Shown: positions 27,810 through 44,402 of the stretch, in pieces
Layout of the letters: each line of letters begins with the position of its first letter
Position numbering within the stretch: position 1 is the stretch's first letter
NCBI RefSeq assembly: GCF_009914755.1
Contig: NC_060933.1
Length of the DNA: 64,000 nt
Strand: one strand, 5' to 3'
Origin: the human T2T-CHM13v2.0 reference genome, Homo sapiens
The notes under the pieces: model-generated
Seen by the model: only the letters and a program-made list of their open reading frames with translations
Told to the model about the DNA's origin: nothing
Databases searched by the model: none
Translations under genes and position numbers: made by a program

Positions 27810-29019
27810 AGATAATTACATACTTCTTGTAAAAAGCAAATATAATATTGAAGAGCAATCAAGAGCCTCTGGTCAAAAAAGATTTATAGGAGAAGAGAAC
27901 CGTGAGGCACAGAGATTTTCAAATGAAAGACAGGAATGGAGGATGATTTCTCTTGCGTGCCTTTTCAATGAGATGCAGAACGAGAAAACGAGTTTGGTAA
28001 ATGAGACTTGATTTTCCCTTGAGTAAAAAAGCATTTGGTAATTCTCCTTGTTGTTTCTATTTTTAAGGCAATGTGTCCTAGAAATTGAGAAGGCTCTGTG
28101 ATTACCTGAAATACTCAGAAGGATCTAAAGTATATGAACTTAGTTTTTCAGCTTGGACATTGAGCTTAAATGTCTTGTTTAGTCTCTGTGACTCTTTACT
28201 GGGAAGTTTGTTGGGGAGTGGGGTAGAGAGCCTCTGATCAAAAACCATGCTTAGAGCTAAAGATTTCAGCTCCAACTCAAAACTGTCACAAATCTTTGTG
28301 CAGGCAGGTTTTTCAAGTCCCCACTGCAGAAGGAGGCAGATCATCTCTTGGGAACGCTCCAGTCAACACACTTTACCACCTCTGTGCCAGCTGGAACAGA
28401 ATGCCATTTGTTTTGTTTTTTTTAATGGCTGAAGCTTTTCTAGCGCATTCTCCCAGGAGACTAATTACAGAATGAACAGGGCAGCCTGCTACTTCTCAGG
28501 ACTTAGACACAATACAGACACTGCAAAGTCCCACGAACCCACACCCTAGTAACTCCCAAGATTTCTGGAGTAAGGAGATGCCAGTGCTTTAAGCACTCAC
28601 AGAAACTACCCATGTCTCAAGCGTTTAGAATAAACAAATTCAAATCTCCACAGAGTCAAAGGCTGGGAAGAGTCTAATAATGCCTAGAGCAACTGATTTT
28701 AAAAATAAATATATATTTTCCTCCAAAGAACCCTCCACCCGAAGAAATGACAGAGGTCTGAGCGTACACATTAGCCACATGAGAAAATCAAAACCAGGAT
28801 CAGTGGGCATGTGGAGAGAAATAACCAAGGAACTTAATCCCTCCCGAGATGTTTTCAAAAGAAAAATCGGGCAACACACATGGTAGATACAAGTAGGAGA
28901 CTGAAGTATGGCTGTTTCAGGTGTGAAGAGATTGGGACATAAACGGGTAAGTGGACAACCATCTTTCAGAAGGCTTGTTTAGGATGAGGCTTGATGTCTT
29001 TCTAGCCTCTCAGACGTAC

Positions 29020-29106
29020 CTTTACTTGAGCATGTGCCCATCGCACCACCAGCTTCTTGGACAGGGCCAACTTGCCATTGAGACACTGGATGGCTTGCTC
29101 TGCTTC
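29020..29106 (-). CDS. RBM18: RBM18 exon 4 ([29 protein letters not shown])
   Basis: cag|GAA acceptor, AAG|gtacgt donor, 87 nt; end of RRM. Confidence 0.97.
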
Positions 29107-29276
29107 CTGTCCAGGAAAGGGACAAATGTTAGTTAAAAACTGAAATGCTTAACTAGCTATATGTATTCTCACAGGGCTTCACTAGCTTTGATGGCTGAGT
29201 TTCTAACAAATTGTTTTTGGTAAATAACTGGCAAGGGTTTACAATTTTACAAGGCAGAATTTTAAAAAGGGCATGG

Positions 29277-29587
<311 letters not shown>

Positions 29588-30862
29588 AAGGGCGTGAATT
29601 TTTTAAAGTCAGACAAAAATTCAAATCCTGGTCTGCCATTTGCTGGCAGTATGCTATTTGGCAGGTCACTTAAGTGTCTCTAGCTTTGTCAACTGTAAAA
29701 TACAGATAAATAATGTATAATCTTTAATAGATAATATGGATACTTATTCCTCAGTGGTTGTGAGGACTCAAAGAATGTAAAGCATGAAGTATATGATATG
29801 CACTTAACATATGTTAGTAATAGTGCTGTTCCTATTAGGTGATAGACATATATGCACTTCCGTTAGGTAGGGTAGCACCTCCTATGTCAAGAAACTGTAC
29901 TCCCCGCAAGGGCCCTGGAACCATATCCTGGACTAGGGCATACTCCCTGGATTCATAGTGAGGAATAATTGCTTTAAAGGGCATGGGAGTCAAGGAAACT
30001 AGGCCGGAAAAAGCAGGAGTGAGTCAAAGAGACCGTTAGCAAGGTATCTGTGTGAGTCAATCTATGCACCTGGTTTTCAGAACCGAAAGTTCCTTGACCC
30101 TTTCCCCATCAGACAGAGGAGTAATACGGTTGAAAGGAATTCCTGAAGCTGGCTAACAGTCACTCTAGGTCATTCCCAGGAAACCTGGCTGTACTTTCCA
30201 TCCTGCCAAACCTTCTTTGCCCCATTTGCATCCATGAGGCATTCAGCCAAGTGTAACCCATGTTTAGTGAGGGTGAAGAAGCCCTTAAGGAACAGAGGAG
30301 GAACAGGATGTCCCAGGGAGCGGGAGAGGCTATAGAAGCCAGTTGGCATTCCAGTCTGGTTTTACTGGTGATTCTCTTGTTCCTCCAGAACCTACCAGTA
30401 TGACATTTAACAAATATTTATTGAGTTCTCACTGTGTAGTAGGCATTGGATATTCACTAATCATCCTTGCCCCACTACAGCACACAAAGCTAGAGTGACA
30501 GGTAAGAAATATTTTATTCTTTTAAGCTTCATTTGGTGAATGAGAACTCATAGAGCACTCTATTAGTTCCAAAGTAGGAGCAGTAATAAGCTGCCAGCAG
30601 GGGCATCTTATTTTTAAATGTTTTTTTAAAATAATTTCCTACCTGTACAAATTATTTCAAAGTTCATATATTTAAAAATATTATTAAATGTCTACTTTTT
30701 TTTTATACTTTCATCTATTCTCCCAACTTCCCATAAGGTAAGAAGGATATGTATTTTTAATCTCCATTCTTAGATGGAAAATTGAGGCCAAAAGAAGTTA
30801 GGAGACTTGCTCAAAGTTAATAAATAAAAGAGCCAGAAATATAAACTAGGCTTTGTATCCTA

Positions 30863-31593
<731 letters not shown>

Positions 31594-32415
31594 GAATGCT
31601 AATTCTATATTCTATATTGCATTATTTCACTTCCCTCAAAATACTTGAACAATTAGAGTAACAATGTATTATTTATTGGCTATCATATGTACAAAAATTA
31701 GAGGAAATAAAAAATACCCAGCACTGGCAAGGAGAAATGACACTACCATACAATCTCAGAACATACTGATATATCATTTCTTGAAGACAATCTGGCAGTT
31801 TTATTAAGAAAAACTATGCATGGACTTTGATGATGCCATTCCATCTCCCCAAATGTGGCAGATATACATAATTAGAGCTGTAAAAATACTCACTCTTGTG
31901 ATATTTATACTAGTGAATCAACCCAAATACCAGTGAAACAACCCAAATAGCTAACAATTGGGGACTAGTCAAATATGATATATTCACATTATGTAGTCAT
32001 CAAAAATGATTAGTTTTTAAATGCAGTCTAAGTCACATACAATAAAATGCCCAAATCTCAAATACAGATTAATGATTTTACTCCCCTCCACACACGTACA
32101 TACAAACACCAGTGAAACCACAATATCAAGATACAGAATGTCACCCTGATGTGATTAAATGGTAGAAAAATTTTAGTATACTTTGAATGATAAAAATGAT
32201 AATATGATTCCATTTGTGTGTTACAACACTGTGTAACGTGTTTATGTGTGTGTGAATGTGAAGAAACAAAAAGACTGGAAAGATATATGACTAAGTGTTA
32301 ACAGTGATTATTTCTGGGTATTAGGCCAAGTGATTTACATTTTCTTTCTCAGTTATCTATATTTTCATCTATAATATTCACACATTAATTTTATAATAAA
32401 AAAACACTCATACAA

Positions 32416-32712
32416 ATTATTATTATTATTATTATTACTATTATTATTATTATGAGATGGAGTCTTGCTTTGTCGCCCAGGCTGGATGGAGTATAGTGGT
32501 GTGATCATAGCTTGCTGCAGCCTTGAATTCCTGGGCTCAAGTGATCCTCTTGCCTCAGCCTCCCAAGTAGCTAGGACTATAGGTGCACCATCACACATAA
32601 TTAAAAAAATTTTTTTTAGAGACAGGGTCTCACTATGTTGCCCAGGCTGGTCTCAAACAATCTCCCCATCTCAGCCTCCGGGGTAGTTGTGATTACAGGT
32701 GTGAGCCAGGCC
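32416..32712 (-). mobile_element. AluJ with (ATT)n tail
   Basis: Alu consensus; (att)n at 32416-32452. Confidence 0.9.
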
Positions 32713-33362
32713 TAAATTATTAATATAACGTTAACTATGCAATGTTCTTACATATGATGAATAAATTTATAAGTACTATGCGGCATCTCTACATTTAGTA
32801 ACAATCAAATTCAATTTCTTTATCAATGCACTTCCACTTCAAGGACTAAATTTTAATACAAGGAGATCCATGTATATATCATGGTTGAAGGTGAATGCGC
32901 TCTTCTACATACATTAAAATTTATATGCATTTGTTCTGAGACCTTGAGAAGAAATAACAAAAGAGTCTTTGTGGGTGTCTCATCACAGATAGGTTTCTGT
33001 ACCACAGGACAAAACTACTGAAAGAAAAGAAGGCTTTGTCAGTTGGCCAGCCAGTAAAGCAACAAACAAAAGAGAATAGGGAGGGGGATGTACATGTGCT
33101 CGATGTGGGCATCCCAGTGCATTTGGTCAAAAATGTAGGTGAGTCAGTTGCCTTAAACTTTGGCCAAGGGACAGTGAATTGTGAAAGCCACTAATTCATT
33201 TGTTTATTGAGGATCCCTTATAGGACTCAGTGTAAGGCACACAGATGAATCAGACATGGCTCCTGCCTACAGGGAACTGCTATTCTAGTAGGCAAGAGAC
33301 ATGCACAAATAATTATGACAGAGCTTGATAAATATTATAAAATGGGGAGAAAGCTTAATTAC

Positions 33363-33489
33363 CTGCTTAGTTTCAAAGTTAACAAAACAGTAGCCTCGAG
33401 GCTGTCCCTCCAAAGCACCTGACTTGTGGAAGAGGAAGTCAAACTGCTTTACCTTGCCAAACTTCTGGAGGAGCTTGAGGAGGTGGTAT
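33363..33489 (-). CDS. RBM18: RBM18 exon 3 ([42 protein letters not shown])
   Basis: cag|A acceptor, CAG|gtaatt donor, 127 nt; RNP1 motif RGYCFVNF. Confidence 0.97.
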
Positions 33490-35263
33490 CTGTGGAGAAA
33501 GAAGAGTCCATGAGTATGCTCTGGGAATTCTGTTGGCCACTCAGCCTGAAGTGTGAGATAAAAGCAGGAGATAATTTACCCCAGGGATGAAATCTCTCGC
33601 CCCAGCCCCCTGCCTTCCTCTAAACTGCTATGTTAGTTTATTTGGCAAACAGAGTTGTTTGCCTCTATTTGGTATGGGAACTAGAATTGTCATGGCTATG
33701 CATCTGTCCAATACAAAAATACCAAACAAAAAAACCACACCTTACAAACAGCTGTCTGGCCTACAAGCACTATTTGTTTTTCTTTTGGAGAAAAGCTCAA
33801 AAATAGTGTTGATTTATTTATTTTTAATTCCTTGGCAATGAAATGGCATTTGTGAATAACTATAACTCCATCAGAAACACACACCCATTCTCCAAAAGAC
33901 AAAGCCTATCCTATCTCAAAAATAAACAAAGTAACAAACATATATGCATTCATGCAAACAAACAAACAAACAAACAGTCCTGGAAGATCTTCCTATTAGA
34001 TTTTGTAGTTAATTCTTAGACCCAAATTGCACTTGTGAGAAACTCTGCCATTAATCAAACCACAGCTAGTGATACTTCCACAGCACTTGAGAGTTTCAAT
34101 GACTGATGTGACTGAACATGAGGACAATGTGGAACAACTATGTGACTGAGGCCGGTTTCACAAAGGGCAGGGGAACCTGGCCAGTCCTATAAATCACCCA
34201 GCTATGGGTAACTAACCAACCTCAGTTGCCTTAAAACAGTTTATACTCTAGGGTACGGTCAAGTAAAGAATACAGATGGTCAAGGGAGAAATTTATTCCT
34301 GGCAGGATGTTCACTCCAAGCTATTGCTTACCACTACTCTGCCCTTCATCCTCTATTAAATTTCTTACTCCAAAACTTACTTGGTTTCTACAGAGCTTTT
34401 AAGTTATTCAAACAGATGTGGCCTTAACAGGTTGCTGCGGCCAATCTCAATTCCGACTTCCTGTCATCTGATGTGGGGGTGAGACAAACCAACAGCTCTC
34501 CCGTTTCCTTTCCCTTTGGCCTTCCTCCTGGCATCCTCCGTGCTATTCAAATGGAGTCAAGGCTTTCTCTAAACAATGCTGTCCCTGTGATACTAAAAAG
34601 GTATCAGCCCACATGCTAAATCTGTTATTACTGGGAATTCTACCCCACAGGGAGTCAGTAAAGTTGTCGTTATAGCCACATTTATATTCACATTGTTTTC
34701 TAAGAGAAACTCATCAAAATTTTATTCTTGAGCAAGAATTTCCTTTGGGAGGCAGAAAGATATGAAATGGACCATACACTATACTAAATTTGATACTAAT
34801 GCACATCAACAAGCAAGTCCAATATCCTGGATCAAGTGTCTGACACAGTGGAACAAGAAAGACATAATACAGGTTTAGTACTGGGACAAATGCAAGGATC
34901 CCAAGGCATATTGTGGATATTAATCTGGTCTATTTTGAAAGGTAAAACCACCATGATCCCCTACTTTCTAACTTCCCAACTCCCATCAGGACACCTCAAC
35001 CACTAGAGAGAATGTAGGAAGTGACTTCAGGGGAAACGAAGACACCTTAAGTGCAAATGTGTGGTTTTACTTGACTTTTTGAACAGGCTTACAGCAAGGG
35101 TGAGTCTCTCACACACAAAGATGGGCGAGAAGAGTCTCCCCCAGGGTCTTTAATTCACAGCTGTATCTTCAAATTACTAAGCCTATTCAAATCTTAACAC
35201 CGTGCCAGTTGCCACAGAATGGGGAGTCAAACCTATTCTTAAAAAAAAAAAAAAAAAAATCTA

Positions 35264-35560
<297 letters not shown>

Positions 35561-37324
35561 AAAAAAAACCCACAAAAACACACACACAAAAAAAAAACAA
35601 AAAAGACAATCTAAGGCTACTGTGGGCTGGTCATCTTTTCATTAGCTCCATTCTGCTTAGAAGCAGGAAGGTAACACGATTGGCATTTCCTAAGAAATGA
35701 ATTTTAATTTACTCAGAAAAAAAAAAACACACACACCAACAAAAGATTACTCTTTGTAAAGCTAACAAACACATTCTGCCCAAGAAGTGTGACCTTAAGA
35801 TTCCAGGAACATCTGCTTAGGTTTGTGTCTTTCAACTTCTCCAGGATTTCTTTTCTTGTTTGATAATTTCTTAAAATTATCGGAACACTGAAACAAAAGG
35901 AATGAAATGTTTACTATTTTGCTTCCTGGAGATGGGGACTGCAGGCTCTGATAGTGAAAAAAGCCTGAAGGATCTTGCTTTCACATCTGCAAGCACTTTT
36001 ATCTGCTGCTGAAGTGCGGGAGAGCACACTACTCAGCAGAGGCTTGCTTCACTTAATGAAATGTGCGCCCTGCAGCCTTCAGGAGCTGGAAAATTAGCAC
36101 ACCAGCCCCACACACATATCTGCAACTTAATCAGTGTTTTCTGTAATTGGTCTTTAAGACAGCTTTTCTGCCTAATGGCACAGAAATAATTAATCTATAC
36201 ACATGTTAAAATAGATACCTACAATGTGTCTAGAGCCAAGCAGGCTTATGGGCTATGCAGATGAATAAAACTAGGTTCCTGCCTTCAAGAACCTCACATT
36301 CTAGTTAAGACAGAGAGAGATGTAATCAAACAATTACAAAACAATGGGATGCTTGTACACAGAGGGATGAATACGAGCACACAGAATGAAGACCAATGGT
36401 ACAAGGAAGGTGGTGGTTAAGGAGAGCTTTGTGAAAGAAGATATCTGACTGGGTTGTGTCAGTGTGAGTGAGTACTAAAGACAAAGGTGAAAAAGGGTCT
36501 GATCCATTGGAGTAGAGTGGGGGTAGCCAGTAAGATGGGGCTGAAAGGTAGGCAGAGGACAGGTTGTGAAGGATGTCGTAGGCTGAGGGAATTTTAATTT
36601 CGGGTTGTAGGCAATTGGAAGCCCATGAAATGACATTTAATATTATTTTTGATGCACAATTTGTTGTAGAGAAAATTTTCTTTATAAATGGATATAGAAA
36701 TTACTATGAGATGGGTCTTTATGTTTTATGATAAGTACATTATTATATGGTCTTATTGTGCTTCCAATTTAAGTAACCAAACAGTGAAGGCTGTTTCATG
36801 TAAACCAAGACATAAAAAGAAGTATGGACAATGAGGAGACATAAGGTATGGACTGAGAGAGAAACAGGTTTCTTCGGGGGTGAACAAACTGTTCTTGCAT
36901 GCTCATGCATTTATTTTCCCTTGCATTCCAGCTTACCTAGTTTATCCCTGAAAGTCTGTACCAGGAGGACATTTCCACCTGGATGGCTCTCCACTGCTTT
37001 TAACTTTGCTTAACACACCCCAAACTGAATCCCTCCCTGCCACAAACTGATGATCCTTCCAGCTATCCCTCTGGTCAGGGGGAACAAGATCTTTTTATAT
37101 TCCTCAGGCAAGAAACCTCAGGATCACCTCAACCTTCCACTCCATTTCAATCACTTTCCTCATCTCTCAGACTCACTCATCAGTCTCCAAGTTCACTGTC
37201 TCTATCTAGGTGATAATCGATGGCCAGACTGGTTCATGGCGATCTCTCTTAGCTAATCTTCATCTTCAATTTCTGCCCTTCATCCTGCATATCGATGTAA
37301 AATTTCTCTACTAACACATCATTG

Positions 37325-37590
37325 TCTAGCCTGGGCAATATAGTGAGACCTCGTCTCTACAAAAAAATTAGCTGAGTGTGGTGGCACATGCCTGTACTCC
37401 CAGCTACTCGGGAGGCTGAGGTGGGAGGATTGCCTGAGCTTGGGAGGCTGAGGTGGGAGGATTGCTTGAGGCTGGGAGGTGGAGGTTGCAGTGAGCTGAG
37501 ATTGAGCCACTGCACCCCAGCCTGGGCAACAGAGTGAGACTCTGTCTCAAAAAGAAAACAACAACAACAACAACAACAACAACAAAAACC
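37325..37590 (+). mobile_element. 5'-truncated AluJ with internal 32-bp duplication and (AAC)n tail
   Basis: gggaggctgaggtgggaggattgc.tgag at 37410 and 37442. Confidence 0.9.
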
Positions 37591-38573
37591 AAACCCACAT
37601 CACTTTCATGATGTCAGCCTCCTGCTAAACACCCACAATGAGTTTCTTTTTCATGAAATTCAGGCTTGTCTGAATGAATTTTAAAGACCCTGTCTTAACC
37701 TGAGAGTATTCTATCTATGCAGCCACTATTTTCATTCCCATCCAGTATTCAAACTTTGCTTAAGTCAGAAAGATCTTCCTCATTTTCTACTTAACACATA
37801 ACAATCTTTCTTATTAGTACTTATAGGCCTTTATTTACGATTTTCCCTCCACTCAGATTCCTCCTTCTATTAGCGTTTCTATGGGCTTTGTTCTCTTTCA
37901 TACCTCTATATGCATAATACAGCGGCTACGACTTTGGCATTTTACACAGCACATCTAATACTTGTAAAAGAAAGTCGGTATTATCCCTTTTAGAAAGAAA
38001 ACCACAGTGTAGAAAATAGATAATGTCTGAGGTCATTAAGTTTTTCAGCTTCTTTGTGGATGGCACTTATAATGATATTCAGAGGTATTGTTTATGCTTA
38101 CTGTTAGATTGGGTCTCACAACCAAGAAAAAGAAAACCTTACATTTTAAGATTTAAAATAGGATACTTTTGGTTGTGACTGTTCAAAAATTAGAATATTT
38201 GTGCAAAAAAACACTAAATTAGGTGGTGGAAATTATCATTACTTCAGTATACTAAGCCAACTCACTTCACTCTTCATTTCCTATATAATAGGGAAAATAA
38301 TATCTGTTCCACTTCCCTCACAAAGTTTTAAGGGGTTATGTAAGACAGACTCATGCAGTCTAGAGCTAGAAGTAATGCTCAGATCATTTAGCTGAACATT
38401 CTTATTCTATAGGTAAGAAATTATTACATATAATATAGTTGACAGGAATCAGAATATAGTGGAAAGAACATAAGTTTGGAATCTGCTAATTCCATAAACA
38501 AGAATGCATCATCACTCCCTCAAATCCTAATCTCCAAGATGTATTTAGTCATATAAATATTTCTGGCATCTAA

Positions 38574-38966
<393 letters not shown>

Positions 38967-39769
38967 AATGGTCAATATTACAACCACAGAGTGAACATAA
39001 ACAAACAAGACGAGTAATATTAGAGTGCTAGACAGTCATAAACGCATATTCTGTTGGGAGGAGACTGATAGACATCCTAGTGTAACTTGAGCAGGACTCA
39101 GATTAATAACCAACAGGCACACACACATAGAATGACTAGAAATAATCACAGAATAGACTAAAAAACCAGGTGGAAAAGTGGTTATTTAAAAAAAATTGTC
39201 ATTGTTTTACATATTCATTCATAACAGTAAGTTTATAATGTCTTCTAACAAGCGGTAAAAGAATATTTGAATGGGAGACGTATTCAAATCAGTTTATAAA
39301 AGAGATCAGGTGGACAGTAGGGACACATATAAGAAAGAGAGAGGTAAGAAGGGTCTGTTGAATGGGGAAGTGGTAGGAACTAGCAGCAATTTGTGGATAG
39401 AAGGTAGGTTTAAACAGGAAAGCTGGAGGATGCTCTGCAAATTTCTGTTAAGAGTCATTAGAAGTTTACAGATTTGGATTCAAGCAATACTTTTTGAGAT
39501 TGCACCACAAGACAGGTACCATATATTCACATAAGTTACATTATGTAATCCTTCAATGTTTGGGAATTACTGCATTTTATAGTTCATCCAGGCTCACCAT
39601 TACATGCCCTCAGAGGAACAAGATCCAGAAGTTTTTGTATTTCAAAAACATGGAAGGAAATCATCAATTTCTACAAGATAAGATTTACTTTACTAAAATG
39701 TCAGGTTCCTTTTAATTAAGTAAATTAAATGAGGTAATATTAATATTTCATGTTAACCATAAGCTATGA

Positions 39770-40460
<691 letters not shown>

Positions 40461-41140
40461 AGAATCTATAGGAAAAAATAATAAAAATGGTCTTTTGTGA
40501 TACAGAAGTGGAGAAGCCAGCCACAGGGAAAGCCCAGCACTTCCAGCCAGCATGCTCTGATCTAGTTTATTACTTGATGTCTACCTCTGGCCTGATGTAA
40601 AAAGAGCAGAGATATCAGTGGGAAAGTTCTGATTCAATGTTCCTGCCAATGTTCTAATTGAAAAAAACATCCACACACTCCAACTTATGACATAAACTGA
40701 GGTGGCAAATGCCCATTTGAACCTTCCCGTCAAGCAGCAGGACACAATTAGAACAAAAGTCTCATTACAGAGAAGTGCAGCCAACACAACCAACGCTGTT
40801 TCCACACTTTAGATTTCCATTTAGACAGGCAGAGGTGGGAATGGAAACCACTATGAGCATCCCCTCATAGCCTGGGTTTTGGATGATGGAAAAAATTTCT
40901 TTGATGAAGAGACATTAATTGAGAGGTTGGACAGATTCATATACTCACCCTCAAAAGCCATGAACCGTAAAAGAGAACTGAAATAAATGCAATCCACTCT
41001 AGGGTCCCTGTGACCAAGATAACATAATATGTGGGCAACACATCTTAAATACCGTCATAATTTCTAAGGGAACTGAATATATTTACATTTGGCTGATATG
41101 AGCTTGAGCAGGTTTAAGGAACTTTTTGTTATAATCCTGA

Positions 41141-41899
<759 letters not shown>

Positions 41900-42898
41900 C
41901 TGGCTTTCAGCATTGACCTCATACAGGCCAATCCACTCATTGTACTCTGCCACCAACCACCACCCTCCCTCTATCAAATAACTGGCAGAAGGGAAAAACC
42001 TCTCAATTTTCTCAGCTAAGAAATTCCTTTTCATCTTAATGGCTGTGATGTAAAAGAGCAGGGAGTCAGGGCAATTCAATCAATTTCGTGAACTCGGGCA
42101 AGGTACTTCTGTCTTTCGGGACTTGGTTTCCTCTATGTAGGATAAAAAAGCTGGGTCCCATCAGAGGTTGTCAAGTGTGCTCTATGGAGCCCTGGAAGTT
42201 CTACAGAGCCTAAACAGGGATGGCCAAAGAAAGGGTAGTAGTTGACAAAAGATTTTGGTTCCATCTCTTCTCCCTTTTAGTCAGAGCAACTCTGAGCTCT
42301 TATTTTATATACAGCTCTGATTATTACTTTTACTCTAAGACAGGGTTCTTCAGATTTAAGAAGTCTGCAAACTGCTTAGCATGGCACTTGGCACTCAAAT
42401 CATTTAATGAATGAATGAAAACCAAAGGGACATGATTTCTAAGGTTCCTTACAACTCTGACCTTCTATAGTTCTATGGCTGCTTAATATGAATTACAGTC
42501 AAGTGGTCTCCTCTGCCTGTTTGCAAAGGTACTGAGACTTCTGCTTGTTCCTTTATTCTGGGTACAAATGTATTCCCAAGGCTGATTCTAGAGAATAATT
42601 CCCTAGAGCTACTAGGTACAAGGATTCAAATAGTTGGAAATGGGAGAACGTCTTTGGCAGATAGGAAAAAAACAGGTATATGGATTAAAGGATACCCAAG
42701 TCTGTGTCCTTGCAGTAGCAGAGTCCAAATGTAAAAAAAGTGACAAGATAACAGGCTAACAACATCTTATCTCTCCGAAGACACGATGTAAGTAAAAGGG
42801 TCTAAGTATATCCCACACCCCTTGAAAATTCTTCTTGACATCATCACCACAAAACATCCCAATATTGTAGGTAAAAAACTAAGGTAACTTAGACTTAC

Positions 42899-43011
42899 TC
42901 GGTAATTTTGGGGTCCAGGTTGCCAATCCATAATCGGTGTCCTTCCTGCAGAGAGCCCTCTGAAAGGATGGATGCATTCTCCAGGGGAAGAGTTTTGGTT
43001 TCTGCTTCCAT
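42899..43011 (-). CDS. RBM18: RBM18 coding exon 2 ([38 protein letters not shown]); exon starts at 43027
   Basis: Acceptor tttag|TAT at 43028/43027, ATG 43011, donor GA|gtaagt; RNP2 motif LWIGNL. Confidence 0.96.
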
Positions 43012-43448
43012 CAATGTCTATGAAATACTAAAGGAAATGTGAACATTCAGGCAGGAGGGGAGTAACAATGTGTGAACACAAGACTTCAAATTCAACTCAA
43101 CAAACATTTATTCAAGGAGGGCATGCCCTCTGGGCAGTCCTTCAAAGGCCTCAGTGATTCCACAACCAGGGCCCCAGAACCAGTTCCCTTGGGACAACTG
43201 CTCTGGCAGCCAGGGCACACAAGCTGCCATTTAAGGTGAAAGGGGCGTGGTTCTGTGTGGAGAAACTAAAGTTTTCCTCCTCTGAAGCCAGAGGCTGACT
43301 GGGCAGGAGGCCAAAGTCTCTATTACTACATGATACTTCAGTTCAACAACTGTCACCCAAAATAAGCCTTGGAAACCACCAGGAAGAGTCTTAATGGCAT
43401 TAAAAGGGATGGGTAGGGAAGAGCAGCACTCCATCCCTTTTCCTCATG

Positions 43449-43504
43449 GAAGAGGCAATATAGCAAAGAGAAGAGGCAATATAGCAAAGAGAAGAGGCAA
43501 TATA
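43449..43504 (+). repeat. 21-bp tandem repeat, 2.7 copies (GAAGAGGCAATATAGCAAAGA)
   Basis: Perfect units at 43449, 43470 and partial at 43491. Confidence 0.95.
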
Positions 43505-44092
43505 AGAAATCTGTGCGTAGACAGAACTGGATTTGAAAGCAGGTTGTGTGACTTGATGAACTACCTGAACTTTCTAGGCCTCAGTTTCCTCATTATCTAG
43601 AGAGATAATAGTGCTTATTTTATAGAGTTGTTGTGAAGATTAAAGACAGTAAAAAAATCACTAAATACTGTATCTAACAACAGTAAGTAATCAATAAATA
43701 CTAGCTATTATCATGCTTACTCTTTTGGGACAGACCAGGAAGAAGAGACTAATTTCCTCCTTAGTTATTCAAGTTCCACCATTTGCTAGCTATGTAGCCC
43801 TGTGCAAGTTACTTAACAGCTGTTGGCCTCAGTTCCCTCATCTGTAAAATGGGGATAATGCCTCATGAAATTACAGTGCAGATTCACTGAGTTAATACAC
43901 CTAGAGCATTTAGAACCGTGCATGGCACCTAGGAAGCATTCAATTAATGTTAGCTTAAATTATTACTAGTCTTAGTTCCTGAAATGTCTCATCTCACAGC
44001 CAAGGAGAAAAGAGGATTATGATTATGATGGAGACAGCAGTAGAAAGAGCAGAAACCTTGGTGTCAGAAGACATTGTTTCAAATTGTGGCAT

Positions 44093-44402
44093 TTCTTTCT
44101 TTCTCTTTTTTTTTGTTTTTGAGACAGACTCTCGCTCTGTTGCCCAGACTCATGGGCGGTGGCACGATCTCGGCTCACTACAACTTCCACTTCCCGGGTT
44201 CAAGCAATTCTCATGCCTCAGCCTCCCGAGTAGCTGGGATTACAGGTGCATGCCACTAAGCCTGTCTAATTTTTGTATTTTCTTGTAGAGGCAGGGTTTC
44301 ACTATGTTGGCCAGGCTGGTCTCCAACTCCTGACCCCAAGTGATCCATCCACGTCGGCCTCTCAAAGTGCTGGGATTACAGGTGTGAGCCACCATGCCCA
44401 GC
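44093..44402 (-). mobile_element. AluS element
   Basis: Full Alu; TSD-like caaa(t/c)tgtggcatttc on both sides. Confidence 0.93.

Noticed and set aside
43449-43504. Possible CRISPR-like array
   Set aside because: Head-to-tail repeat with no spacers, in eukaryotic DNA
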